Shown: positions 1 through 12,400, numbered from the whole stretch's first letter. The stretch: 63,141 bases of DNA, filler included, from Rhabdomonas costata (GCA_019059605.1; 33 parts of 33 records of this genome joined end to end with filler, not necessarily neighbours in it), one strand, 5' to 3'. Numbers and translations are program-made. Notes: generated by a model not told the origin, from the letters alone.

Positions 1-538
1 ATCTGAAAGCGGAGGGTGCAGTCCTACGCAACCGTCCAACACAGTGGACGGTTGGGACAAATTAAGTGAGATCAAGCTAGCTTTTCAGCGAGCCGTTGTA
101 AGAAACTCTTGATCCTTATACTGTCTGCGCCGTAAACTTATTCTGTACATAAATCAAATTTGAACAATTTACGGGCGGGCAGACAAAACGCTCCCCCGGA
201 AGACTGAATCAAGAAATGGCTGATGATAGCCCCTGAAGTCCGGCTATATCTGGAGCCCTTGGCGCTTGGATTCCTTGAAACTTGCTTGAAACATTCTCCT
301 TTCTCTCCGTTTACTTTTTTCCACTCAATATCAAACAACTTGACAGTTACTGACTGTTGTTTTGCTCAGAATTCTTTTGCTTCAAGAAGTTAGCCGTATG
401 TGCCTCGTTTTTCCTTTGGCAGTGTTGTTTTGTCGTCATGGAACATCGAAAGCCGTGCACTGCCGTACTTTTTGGCTTCGACTTATGTGCTGTTCTGCTT
501 GTTTGGAACTACCCCCTAACGCCGGCCTTCACGTGCAG

Positions 539-1228
539 GGACACGGCGAGCTGCCCTACGGTGAGCTGCGACATCTGCTGGTCCTCCGGCACGGTGCCTA
601 AGTACGGCTCCAACTGCGATGTGGAGTGCCCTGGGAAAACTACCCAGCAGGGAGTGGTGGTGGCCTGCTCTGGCAACGGGCTGTGCGACGCGGGCCGCAC
701 CGGCACTGGGGTCTGTACCTGCGCCACAGGTGTGCCCCAGCTGATCGCTGTACCATTTTTCAGATTGTTGGGAGGTGGGCCCGATGGATTGGGAGTGGCA
801 TATGGAGGTGGAAAGGATCACCTGTAGCTATGCAAAACTGACTGACGGTTGGGTAGTCTGAGCACCCTGAAATGATTCGTAGTGATAGGCATGCCGTGCC
901 AAGGCAGTAGTAGTTCAAAATGTATGAAAGTAAAGTAGTAGTTCAAATGAATGAAGTTGGCCAATGTTGGTATGTCGGGCACCGTCACTTCTTGTGCTGT
1001 CCATACGTAGCTGCTCGATCACCTTCCCAGTGCTGGCTCGACGAGAATCGGAGACTACGTCATGTCTTCATGTTTAAAAATCACGTGCACTGCGAGTATG
1101 TGTGTATGTGCGCGTGTGCACAGGGTTCTACGGCACAGCGTGCGAACTGACCTGTCCCCCGGGAGGTTCCCTCAACATACCCTGCTCCGGTCATGGAGCA
1201 TGCCAGGGCTACTGCGTGTGCCAGGCAG
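539..1228 (+). CDS. EGF/laminin-EGF-like Cys-rich protein, internal exons 539-729 and 1124-1228 (partial)
   Basis: Spliced over the GT-AG phase-1 intron 730-1123 it reads ...YGSNCDVECPG...CSGNGLCDAGRTGTGVCTCATG/FYGTACELTCPPGGSLNIPCSGHGACQGYCVCQAG, with CSGHG-x-C and CxCxxGFYGxxC EGF signatures. Confidence 0.85.
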
Positions 1229-1818
1229 GAATGTCACCAAGAATATCCACTTGTCTTTTTTCCCACGTCAAAGTTGCAGAACAGCATGTGTGTGTGTGTG
1301 TGTGTGCGCGCGGAATTTAGAAATAACTGATTCCGAAATTTGCCCAAGCATTCTTTTTGACATCTGTCCATTGAAAAGGGGAACCAATCTCTGGTGTGCA
1401 CTTGCGAGGAAGATGGGTGTTGTTGTGGAAGGTTTTTTTCGGGAGTCTTCCCGGTTTGACACTGCCCCACTGTGGTTAAAATTGCATTGGATGCATGCTT
1501 CCCCCCCCCCCCAAGAAAAAGTGCCAATAAGTAGCTCTCAAGGGTTTGCATAAGAGGCTACAGATTCAAATGGTGGGCGCTGGCAGAACTGTTCTTTTGT
1601 ATAAGAGTAAACGCCTCCCGGTTTCGGTCCCCCTCAAGAGTTGGACCACGAACTAGCGCAGCAGTACTTGAAGCGTCTGGGAAGCAGCCAAAAAAAAAAG
1701 CAACGTATAAGAAGGAACGCGAGAAAGATCACAGGGGATAAACGAAGTTAAGAGTTTAGCAACTAGCTTTGAGCGAAGCTTTGTCCCCCCCCCACCTCCT
1801 CCAATCAACAAATTAGGG

Positions 1819-1918
1819 NNNNNNNNNNNNNNNNNNNNNNNNNNNNNNNNNNNNNNNNNNNNTTAATTAATTAANNNNNNNNNNNNNNNNNNNNNNNNNN
1901 NNNNNNNNNNNNNNNNNN
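1819..1918. other. Artificial scaffolding linker N44-TTAATTAATTAA-N44 (first of 32 identical linkers)
   Basis: Identical 100-nt spacer with a six-frame stop cassette starts at 1819, 3737, 5655, 7573, 9490, 11407, 13325, 15243, 17158, 19074, 20989, 22906, 24823, 26740, 28656, 30573, 32490, 34407, 36324, 38241, 40158, 42075, 43992, 45903, 47820, 49737, 51653, 53563, 55479, 57395, 59311 and 61227; the intervening contigs are all ~1810-1818 bp. Confidence 0.99.
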
Positions 1919-1925
1919 GTTGTTA

Positions 1926-2121
1926 TGCCCTTAAAAGGGCCAAAATGGAACCTTGAAGGGGCCATATCTCGGCGTAGAGAAGGACTCCGAGGCCGGGAAG
2001 CGGCCAACCAACTCATTTCAGGAGTACTACCATACCACCAAATATGAGCCCCCAAACCCGTCACTCTAGCTCGAGTTCTGAGGTCAACGTTAGGTCTCCG
2101 GTCCGGTCCGGTCCGGTCCGG
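1926..2121. mobile_element. Dispersed repeat copy 1 with (TCCGG)5 microsatellite at 2097-2121; non-autonomous DNA element-like
   Basis: 1926-2083 aligns closely with 7406-7548 in another contig (ACCTTGAAGGGGCCATATCTCGGC...CCGAGGCCGGGAAGCG...ATACCACCAAATATGAGCCCC...AGTTCTGA). Confidence 0.75.
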
Positions 2122-2570
2122 GAGTGACCTTGGCGGATGTTACCCAGCGAATAGGGCGAGGTTTTGGGCCGAAGTAAGTGGTCCTACACCCCCATTTCCG
2201 ATGAGGCCCCCGACGATTGGTAAGGTTCCGGATACACTTCTCTCACGCGGAGCTCACCATCAGCCTTCAGCATCTCAGTTGCAATTGCCTTTTCGCAGCA
2301 ACCTTGAAAGGAGTCGGTGTTTCCCTGCCCCGTGAATCTCGCTTGTCTTACACAAGTCCTCTTTTTTTTTTGTTGACAGTTTTTTCTCTTATCGCTGCTG
2401 GGGGTTCTACCAGGTGGGCCTATCTAGCCTCGCAAACCCAATCAGTCTAGGCGTAGTGCGACTCGGTTCAGTGTGGGGTACTCCGTGATCGTTGCGGAGC
2501 AGACGTTGAGAGAAATTGGTTGAAAGTGCTCAAAATCTAGCGGGGATGATGACAGAAGCGATAACCGCAC

Positions 2571-3441
2571 CTCAAGAACGAAGAGAGGTTGTAGGGCTCC
2601 AGCTCCTCACTGGCGCACAATATCCGCACCATGACGCTGTAGCTTCGGGGTCCTATAAATAATCACAGTGAATCCTCTTTGAATAAAATATCAGAGAAAA
2701 GGGTTCTCCTGCATACCTAGCTTCACCCTCGCAGGGTTCTTCTTTGCTTTTCCGGTAGTGTCACGTACACGATGCACACAAGACACAAGCATTTTATTAT
2801 AGCCGAGTGGATGGAAGAAAAGCGGTGTGGTCATTTCTAGGCAACAGCTTCTTTCAATGTTTTCAAGCTAAGAAAAACTATTCGCTTGTATGAACGAGGT
2901 TGAAGAACCAACTGCTGACCCTACACACACACTCTCTCTCTAACGTGCATCATGCCTCGGGATGGAAAGCCCCGAAACAGCTCCAACTTCTGTGCTGCGG
3001 TGCCCGGAGTCACCTCCAGCAGCGCCGCAAAGGAGCCGTCCTCCCAATGCCCCCCCTTTTGGGCGACCTCCCGAAAGATCACGGGGGCGCCTGGCCACCC
3101 CCCGGCAGGGCGTCCCTCCCTCAAAATATCCTCGCGGACCAGCCACTTGCCCGGCTCCACCCCAGGCACCCCCTCGGCCGCTGACTCCTCAAGGAGTCGC
3201 TCAAAGCTCACGGTGCATGAACTGCTGCAGCGGAAATTTGGTGACAGATCTGAGAAGCACCACAAAATTGAGGAGAGCGAAAACTAGGCAATCAAAGTGT
3301 TGGGCGGCATCCTAATGTTGGGTTGCCCCGCTATGTCTCCTCTTTTCGCCAGACTGGGAAGACTCAAATGAAACAATATTGGCTCCTGTACACCGCAAAG
3401 CGAAGCGTAACGGTCCATTAAGGTGCCAGCATGAAGTACTC
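2571..3441 (-). CDS. Uncharacterised protein, exons 3441-3394, 3224-2956, 2652-2571 (partial)
   Basis: Three exons chain in frame (STSCWHLNGPLRFALR/SSCTVSFERLLEE...LELFRGFPSRG/PRSYSVMVRILCASEELEPYNLSSFLR) using one GT-AG and one GC-AG intron; GC-rich codon pattern. No family recognised. Confidence 0.5.
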
Positions 3442-5180
3442 CTGCTTTGGGTTCCGGGTTCCGGCTCTGGCTCAGTGCACCCCGTCACGGGTCCCAATAA
3501 ATGCCTCACCCACACCCTAAGAAACGTCTCAGAATGGCCTCTTCACACAAAACACCACTTGAGATCAAGCTGGAGGCTGGTAAGATGCATATGAGCACTG
3601 CTTAGATGAGGTTTCACGAAACCATCAAGCATGCCCCCCCCCCGGCCATCTAATTCAAAGTACCTCATATCCGTGCCAAGTAATTCGGTCCGGCTCCAGC
3701 TCCAGTCCCAGGTGATTAATGTGGAAAGTCACCAAGNNNNNNNNNNNNNNNNNNNNNNNNNNNNNNNNNNNNNNNNNNNNTTAATTAATTAANNNNNNNN
3801 NNNNNNNNNNNNNNNNNNNNNNNNNNNNNNNNNNNNGGGGTTTGTTGGAAAGTCCCCCTCCCCCTTTGCCGTTAGCTGTGTTTTGGACGATTTCCGTTTC
3901 TTCAACGGCTCTGTAAACTTTGATGAGAACAGCCACCCTTCTGGCGCAGTTTCTTACTGCAAGCTCCGAATCAATCGCTCGTACGCTAGAAATGAAGTCG
4001 GGCGAACGAATCAAATGGCAGTTTCGATTCCTTAGAAATAGTGCAAAGGCGTTATTAGCTCCAAAGAATTGTTTGTTGTTTGATTAACGTCACGAACCGT
4101 CTCGCGAGCCCTTGGACCAACATTGCAATCCACCAGCAAGCTCATCAAGAGTTTTCTCCGGCGTCGTCGAAATCTCCGGGAATGCTCGTTCTTTTGAATG
4201 CGCGGTTCCAACAGGGCAACATTGAGGAAACATTTTCTGGATCTTGAAGCTCTGAAAAACCCTGCCGAATAAAGCCCTGTTTTTTCTGTGTGTGTTTTAG
4301 CTCAGAAAGAAGTTGTGTGGTTTAAACTTCTTTCGGGGTAGGGTTAAGGATAGTGTTCAGTTTTTGTGATTGTGCTCCTTACCTTCTCTAGAGCCGCTCA
4401 TACGTTCGAGCAATATTGTACATGAGCAGTCAAAGGTCCAAACAGGGCTTTATTCGGCTTTTTTCTGGCGGTTCTAGTTTCCGTTCCAGCTGGCTCGCAA
4501 AGGGTATATACCTGACTTTCGGAGGATGAAGGTGTGAAAAGGACACATGTGTCATCCAAAGACATAAAAACGAGCACTCGGTGCGTACCAAAAGCACGCA
4601 GAACAGCATACTTTGGTTACTGCTGGTGGCACACAGCCGCTGCTCACCAGGGAGCAAGTGGCAGACGCAGCGTCATAACCCACAAAATCAGAGAAGAAAT
4701 GGTGGTGGTGGTGGTGGTGGTGAAACAATTATCAGAGCAATCGCTACTTTTTTGGGGCGTAACAGGTGTAAGAGAAATTTAACGCTCGTTTTTAGCTTTG
4801 GCCTTTGGACTCTCGTACTGTGTTGTTGCGGTCGACTGGGACTGGTTTATGTTAGACGCGGAGGACCCCGCCTCCAGCATGATAGAGCAAGGTGTCATAG
4901 CATCTGGGGTCTAGGTGGCAAGCCGCATACCACCTCCTATAAATCCGGCACACGTCGCTATCCAGTTTCTGCAAAAATAAAAGATCAATCAAAGAATAAT
5001 CCGCAAAACCCATCTCGTCGACGAAAGATCACGAGCAAGGACGTCAGAGAAGATTTCTAATTGCTGAACGATGAGTTGGTATTACGATATTCATATGCGC
5101 TTCCTTGGAATGAAATCCTCGAGGAAAGTGATATAAAACCATGTGCCGAAATGAGCCTCAGCAGCATTTGCCGATACCTG

Positions 5181-5220
5181 CGATTCTTAACCTCGTCTCG
5201 CGATTCTTAACCTCGTCTCG
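5181..5220. repeat. Perfect 20-bp tandem duplication
   Basis: CGATTCTTAACCTCGTCTCG x2. Confidence 0.95.
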
Positions 5221-6322
5221 TCCAACGCGAGGGTCCTTGCGAAATATTTATTGTGCCATTAGCGGGACTCATGAGACAAGCCGACTCGATCCGATATATG
5301 CCGGAACAACCGAGTTCTTTTCCGCACTTACAAACCCAAACTTTCTGGCGCGCACACCCCAGCGAGTCAGTGTGATGTTGAACAGTGAGATCGAAAACAG
5401 CAGGGGCAGCACCTAACAAGCAAAATAACTAGAAAAGCAGCAGGCAGTAATACCATATAACACCACCAGACAAACGAAGGACGCAGGGTAAGAAGAAATC
5501 ACGCAACGGCTCCGCAGATGAGCGGGGTGATCGAATAAAGCAGACAATTGATGTCCCATAATGGCAGAATAGCGCCATGGCTTCCGTGGCGCCCTGGCCA
5601 TGCGCTATTCTGCCATTATGGGACATCAATTGTCTGCTTTATTCGATCACCCCCNNNNNNNNNNNNNNNNNNNNNNNNNNNNNNNNNNNNNNNNNNNNTT
5701 AATTAATTAANNNNNNNNNNNNNNNNNNNNNNNNNNNNNNNNNNNNNNNNNNNNGGTGGGGGGGATACATGGCACCAAAGAAAAGGAGGGAGTAGAGAAA
5801 GAGCCGACTGGCGATCGATACGGATGTACGAGCCGCCGACCGCCTTATCCGACCTTTGCACATTTCTTTCATGGAAAGCTCATACACAAAGCGGCCCCCG
5901 CCCGCGCTCCGTCAGAACAGTGGTAAGTCCTCTTTATCGCCACGGTTGTCGATAAGTGCAATTGGCAGCACGTAATCGTGGCAACCTGCAACAAAACTAA
6001 AGCGCAAGGGTTAAAGTGAGCCTTTACAAGCTCCACTGGTGCATGTCGGACGCTGGGCAAGATCGCGTGTAAACGCAACGAATTAGGCTACAAAGACTTG
6101 AAGGGCCAACGTGAGAGGTGGGGGAGATCGCTTTCTCGTCTGTGTTCTCTCACAAAACCCAGAAGCAATCCAAAGCACCAACTTGGTGCTTACAGTGCAC
6201 AAACACAAAACATAATAAACTGAACCGTGAGAATATAGGCTCATGCCCCTTGGTTCAATAAGCCAGCGCCGGTGAGAATGCCGGTACACAATGCAACCAT
6301 TCCGTTTCCAGTCCTCACCGCC

Positions 6323-6496
6323 TCACTTGTGCTCGAAGCGAATTACGCCGTCCCAGAACGTTCCAGGCTTGGGATGCTCCTCGCGGCACAGTTGCGAAAG
6401 CAACCGAGTGGGACCATCGCCAGGGGCCACCTCCGCCGCCCTCGTGAAGGCCCCCAAAGCGGCGGTGAGGTTTCCGACGACATAGTAGTTCATTCC
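6323..6496 (-). CDS. Last exon of a class III adenylate/guanylate cyclase (C-terminal ...P-DGP...C...WDGV...K tail)
   Basis: After a CAG acceptor: GMNYYVVGNLTAALGAFTRAAEVAPGDGPTRLLSQLCREEHPKPGTFWDGVIRFEHK*, the C-terminal extension typical of many bacterial-type class III cyclases. Confidence 0.75.
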   Translation of the reverse strand, partial: GMNYYVVGNLTAALGAFTRAAEVAPGDGPTRLLSQLCREEHPKPGTFWDGVIRFEHK

Positions 6497-7405
6497 CTGC
6501 CCCATACCCCCAAACACACAGGAAGCAGGGAGCAGAATATGGAAGAAATCGAAAAACAGAGACTATCTCCTTAGAAGCTCTCGAGAATGGGTTTGGGCGG
6601 ATGAGCTGCAATCCAATTAACAAACAATTTGTTATACAGCTAGGTTTCGTGCTGTAAGTTGCACAACAAATCATTAGGACATCTTGAAGACCTGAATAAC
6701 GTCTTCCCTCACACAAAATATTCGACGCGTGTACGCCTCCTCGAGCATATGGCAATATCTCGGAAGGCATTCGTGAGACGCCGTCATTACTGCTTCGGAA
6801 ATTTCACAGCAGCGAAAAAAGAACGACAATGCAATCTGGCATACCCAGGTCTCTTTCACAGGGCGCTATTTTCTCGGCAGTTCTTACAAACACATACATG
6901 TGGGTGTGGCTCGCGTAGTTGTGCTTTTGTTTCTGCAGAAAAAGGCAGTCCTCATGTGTTTGTGCATGTGTGCGAGCGACTTGAAACGCAGAGCACAGAA
7001 AAGGAGGGCTCACCGCTCGAAGAAAAACGAAGGTTGTCAATTACGGGTTTACGGGTTCTCTAGCGAATACAGCAGGCCTCCCGAAACGCTGCGTCACCGG
7101 TCCTTGGGGTCAGAATTTTCTGACCTGTCACCCTCGTCCGGTATGGTGCCCCTTGAAGGCTTTCAAATCCGCTTTGCACCCCACATACAAATTCACAAAA
7201 AGAAGCGCACCGGTGTAGCTGATACGGTACTCACACCCAAAGTTGCCCACCAGAACGGTGTCGGTGTTGATTCCGATTCGAAACCTGCAGGGAGATGCAC
7301 AGGTTTTTTTGGGGCGGGGGAAATCGCACATCTATCTCCTGAACAGGGTCAGTATGCAGAACTGCAAAGGCCCGAAAAGTGCACCCCAGACTCTGAGGTC
7401 GAAAA

Positions 7406-7548
7406 TGCCCTCAAAAAAAGGGCCAAAAAGGGACCTTGAAGGGGCCATATCTCGGCATCGAGAAGGAGTCCGAGGCCGGGAAGCGAACAACCAACTCAAT
7501 ACCACCAAATATGAGCCCCAACCCGTCACTTTAGCTCAAGTTCTGAAG
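7406..7548. mobile_element. Dispersed repeat copy 2 (same family as 1926-2083)
   Basis: Near-identical to 1926-2083 apart from substitutions and one short indel. Confidence 0.75.
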
Positions 7549-8172
7549 CAAAACAGAAGAGCCCCAAAAAAANNNNNNNNNNNNNNNNNNNNNNNNNNNN
7601 NNNNNNNNNNNNNNNNTTAATTAATTAANNNNNNNNNNNNNNNNNNNNNNNNNNNNNNNNNNNNNNNNNNNNTGTGGTGGGTGTGGTTGGTTTTGGGTGT
7701 ATCGCCACGTGGTATTGAAATCTACCCTCAGGGAACGTCCCTGCCTCAGCCGCCCGCTCCGGCCGCGCGGCAGCCTGGCTTCGGCCACTACACTAATCGT
7801 TAACCCTTTTTTCACCTCCCTTTCCAGCCTCTCTCCCCTTTCTCTTCTGTGCGTTCTTTTCTCTTTCTCTCTCACTCTCCGAGGATCTGATATGTGGTCT
7901 CCGTCCCTGTCCGTCGCCCCTTTCCATTGCGGGCGGAAACAGAGACCGACTGCGCGCCCCACAAGTTTCCTCCTCTTCACCACCACATGACTGTTTGTTT
8001 GATGTTTGTTTGATGTTTCTTGTGGTCTGCTTCTCAATGGACACGGGCACCCCGTTTGTGCGGGGATGCCCTGTGATTTGACTGTTATGGAATGTCCAAA
8101 AGTCGTTTTCACATACCCCCCCCCCAATAGACCGGACCGCTAAAACGCCTCATAATTAAAGACACCGTAGAC

Positions 8173-9489
8173 TTGCACACTGTCCGCCCCGGCGCCCATG
8201 ATGAAGTCGAAGAACCCTCCTGCCTCCTTCATCAGCGCCGTCCGGGTAGCCCACGCGAACCCAGGATGGCCGCGGCTGGGGAACTTCGAGCACCAGCTGC
8301 GGTCCATCTGCTCCGGCCTGCACCCAACGTGCATTCGCGAAGAAGTGCGAGTGAACGAATATGAAGAGATTCACAGGCTCACTTCACTCGGCAGGCAGCC
8401 GAGAGGTTCAAAGTGCGGCTGTAGAAGAGAGGCTGCCGTCAAAGACAGGTAGTACATCAAAAAGTTAAAGAATAGTTCGCAACAAATTATTCGACATGGA
8501 GTTTTCCACCGGTGACTTCCCGAGTAAACGATGATACGGGTTTAGGTGCTCAATCACAATCACCATCACACATCACAAAGATGTTCATTGTCCAATGGTC
8601 CACGAAACAATCAAGCAGAGATTTTGGGTGCTTCCACATTCCTTCCACCAATTACGGCAACAAGTGGACGCGTGTGAAAACTGGTGTGAAACAACCACCA
8701 GAAAAGAAAATGAACCAAAAAGGGATTTGTTGTGAAGTCATTGTTGTCTTTTCGTGACACGTGAGGAAGGAAGGGGGGGTCGGCGTACCGCATGAAGCGA
8801 GTGGACGAGGAGGCGGAGTTCTTCGTGGACCCTTTCCTGCACAGAAATACACGGAGTATGCTATATATCATGTGAATGAGACAAACTGCTAAAAGTGTTC
8901 TTTGCAAACGAACGAAATGGGAAACAGGAAAAATGCTTCTTCTGCGGGGAGCAAAAAGGGACATAAAAGGGGTTGAACGCAAAGGATAGGAAGAATGTCG
9001 GCGCAGATTGCTGCCTGTGGAGCGCCACTACACTAGAAGGACAGAGTGCTCATGAAAAGCAAGCAAGCAGAATAGAGAAGAGGTCGCATCCACGTCGTAA
9101 GGATTTGTGTTTGAGTACTTGAAATAGCACTCAGGAAAAGAAAGGAGCTGCACCAAGACGCGGAGCATGGCGGTAGGGTTCCTCCAAACCACCACACATA
9201 CAAACAAGAGTCTTGCAAAGCATTTCTCGCAACTCGTCTATCAATGAAATGAAAAATGAAAATCCTTATGCGAAAATCGATATGCGGGAATTAAATCAAA
9301 ACCAGACTAGACACGCGAAGAAAGGATCTGCTTATCTCTCTCTCTCTCTCATAGGAAGGTTCCAACCTTAGGCTGCGGGTGGACATGGAGTAGCCCAGAC
9401 TGTGGGACAGTGACACTGGGGTCTCCATGGGCATGTTCCACAGCAGTACCCCCTCGGGGTCCAGCCACTTCTGCTCGACAACACCCACC
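8173..9489 (-). CDS. Putative GT-A glycosyltransferase-like protein (GHPGFAWA motif), exons ~9489-9367, 8836-8789, 8317-8173 (partial)
   Basis: Two phase-2 GT-AG introns give a continuous frame: EQKWLDPEG...SLGYSMSTRSLR/KGSTKNSASSSTRFMR/PEQMDRSWCSKFPSRGHPGFAWATRTALMKEAGGFFDFIMGAGAD. The AWAxRxxLxxxGGFFD...G.D pattern resembles the C-terminal half of GT2-like folds. Confidence 0.65.
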
Positions 9490-12400
9490 NNNNNNNNNNN
9501 NNNNNNNNNNNNNNNNNNNNNNNNNNNNNNNNNTTAATTAATTAANNNNNNNNNNNNNNNNNNNNNNNNNNNNNNNNNNNNNNNNNNNNGTGGTCGTGGC
9601 TCTGGGCACCGCTACTTACAGCCTGTTTCCGGATTACTTTTGCGAAAGTGGCGCTGCCGTAGTCTACTTGAACGAGTTGGACTTCATCCCGATCCCAGTT
9701 TGGCATCCCCTCTTCGTGCGCCGCGGTCTGTCGCCGCCGCGTGGGCTGTATCTTTGTGTTTGGCTTGGGCGTGTGTCGGGATCTCCGGCTCCGTGCTTGC
9801 GTGGTCTAGCTGCGGGCGAGGGTTCCGGGACGGAGTCTTGGGCAAATTGTGCGGTTTAGGTGGGCTTCTCTTGCTGTGGCTTCTACTGGCTGCTCGTTTC
9901 AAACCCCTATTCTTTTAGGGTTCCGCTGGGAAGTGGGGTCCTGGACGTCCCGCCTCTCCCCATTCGTCCGCTTACGCCCATAAATCAGGGCAAACAAGGA
10001 AAAACGGTACCAACCGTGAAAGCCCTTGAGCCCTCTCTTGGCGTGCCTGTTTTTTTGTGCTTTTTCTTTCCGGCTTCTGTGTGTGTTCTCCCCGTGCGTT
10101 GCCGTGTGGTGGTGGGCTTTGGTCTTTTCTCGCTGCCCGCGCCTTGGCGCGAGACTTGCGGTTTCGCTCCCCCTTTTTGCCCCCCCGCAAGCGCTTTTTT
10201 GCCATTCCCTGTGCCTCCGGCCGCTTCCCTCGGACCCTTTGCCCCCTGTGACCCTTTATCCCATCCCATCCCGTCTCTTCTTTCCTACGGGGTAGATCCT
10301 CTCTTAGGTTCCAGTCTTTTCCGCTTCCTTCAGGCATTTTCGCTTGGATGTTTTGCCCCGATTGATACCTAATGATACCACCTAATGATAAAGACAATCA
10401 AAGCACATAATGAAAAAGACAATTTAAGCACTGAAAACCAATTCCCGCGCAATGTGCCAAAAGATCCCAAGCCACTGGGCTTTTCCACCACGGCGCGGTT
10501 GGAAACCACGTGCCGCTTTGTCCCACCTATGTGCCGCAGGAACATCCGCTATTTTTCAAGCGTCCGATGGCACACTCATGGCGGCGAATAAACTTAAACA
10601 TACCTTGTTGTACGCATTTTCCTTTTACAAGATCGCCCAAGAGCGCGTTCTCTGGTCGCCGTGTTGACCAGGCGTTTTGCGGGAGCCGTTCTACTTGCCA
10701 CGCGTACCCGCATTGAAACAAAATCGCATGAAACCTGAAGAGCGCCTTGAATGGCATGGTATTTCCCATCACAATCTTCCGTTTCTTCGCCACTCGTCAT
10801 CCACTGTGAACTACTTATCATATCCGGCAGATAAGCGCATGAACAAAAGCGCAGTATTGACCGCACGCACATAGCGAATACCGGATAGCGCAAGATGACA
10901 GGAGTCGTTCGTCAACCACCCCTCTCGTGATAAAAAGCCGCTGTAAAGCCTGTTTCTGCGGCACAGTTCCAAATGAAGGGCAAGAACAAGCAAAATAACA
11001 GGAAAAACAGTTTGGGGAATGCCACGTCTCATTTTTTCGGTGTCGTTTTCTTCCAGAAAGTCGGCAAAAGTAAGCGGTTGTTAGGCTTGGACTCATTGAC
11101 AGATACCAGTGTGCCCCGCCACCCACCGTGTCAGCGTGGTATAGTACATTCCTTGATTGAGCAAGTTACCTGTGCGGAGGGACTTTCTTGTTATCGGAAA
11201 GCTGAGAAAGTGATACCAGAACTCATCGGGACAAGTGGTTTCAGACATGCACAGCGTTGAAGCCGTCTCATTTAGTTCCATCACAGGATACACCTGATAC
11301 AGTCTTGCAACAGCAACTGTGGGCTGCAGTGGTCAGCGTGGTCATTTATATGATAAGACCACGCTGTGTCCGTGCAAGGAAATTCCAATTTTATTTACAA
11401 AACAAANNNNNNNNNNNNNNNNNNNNNNNNNNNNNNNNNNNNNNNNNNNNTTAATTAATTAANNNNNNNNNNNNNNNNNNNNNNNNNNNNNNNNNNNNNN
11501 NNNNNNGGTTGGTTGGAAAGAAGTTTTTGTACAAGAGAGTTGCATCTGAGAAAGAAGAATTCTGGAAAGCTCGAAGATTATGACAAGAATGTCACAAGTG
11601 GCGTAATTCAATGAAATTGGACTTTCTAGAAAGAAGAAAATCGACTGTATTGAAGGATGTTGTTTGCGAACTCTCTGGACCAGTGTTTCGGTCAGAGTGG
11701 TCCTTTTTTTGTATTAGGTTTTGCTGCCTACGAGATGTGATGTGAAGAGCGTGAGGAGAGTTTGGTCTTTGATTTCTTTTGTTATTGCTTGTGTTGGTTG
11801 TGGGTTTTAATTAGGTTGCAATGGAGAATCTCCGAGGCGCGGAAAAGATGAAAGAGCCAGCGCAAAGTAGAGTGTGTGGATTGTAGCTGCTGCTGCTAAA
11901 GCTCGTACCCCATTCCCCTTCTTTTGGTTCTCAAAGTGGTCGAAAAGCCGAGCTAAAGAGAGAGATTGCCTCGCCGCCCCCTTTGCATATCGCACCCAAG
12001 CACCCGATGAAAGACCGAAAAGCCTTGCAAGCCTTCCCCCGTTGCAGCATCAGACATGACACTATCACCCCTGACCGAGGGAGAACCCAGGTTCTCTCGC
12101 ACGCCAATTTTCGGACGCAAGTAGAAGCCGTACCGGTCGTAAGAAAGTCACGCTCTTGTGGGCACCTAATGTAAGCCTGGACAGCGCCAACGTTGCAAAA
12201 GCATAGTCGGGATACGGCTGCTGAATACCAAACCCAGTGGAACCACCACTCCTGGTTAGACGTAAGTTGTGAGGTTGCAAGCCGGGCCGTGGCAGCGCCT
12301 TAACGCCAGGCAATTAGTGTAGCGTTGCTGCCTTGGCATTTCGCACTGGACCAACTCCAGTACGTATATCCCGCTGGACAGTTGCAGAGACCGAAACGAA

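Noticed and set aside
1863-1874. TTAATTAATTAA recurring every ~1917 bp, and ORFs ending in X-runs or LIN
   Set aside because: Artificial linker; ORFs crossing it are not real. Most short entries in the ORF track are intronic or antisense noise.
5524-5654. Long near-perfect hairpin (~50-bp arms) that could be a MITE, pre-miRNA or hairpin telomere
   Set aside because: One arm runs to the contig end and the inner junction is an imperfect microhomology (CATGG with a 1-nt indel): typical fold-back chimera of amplified DNA.
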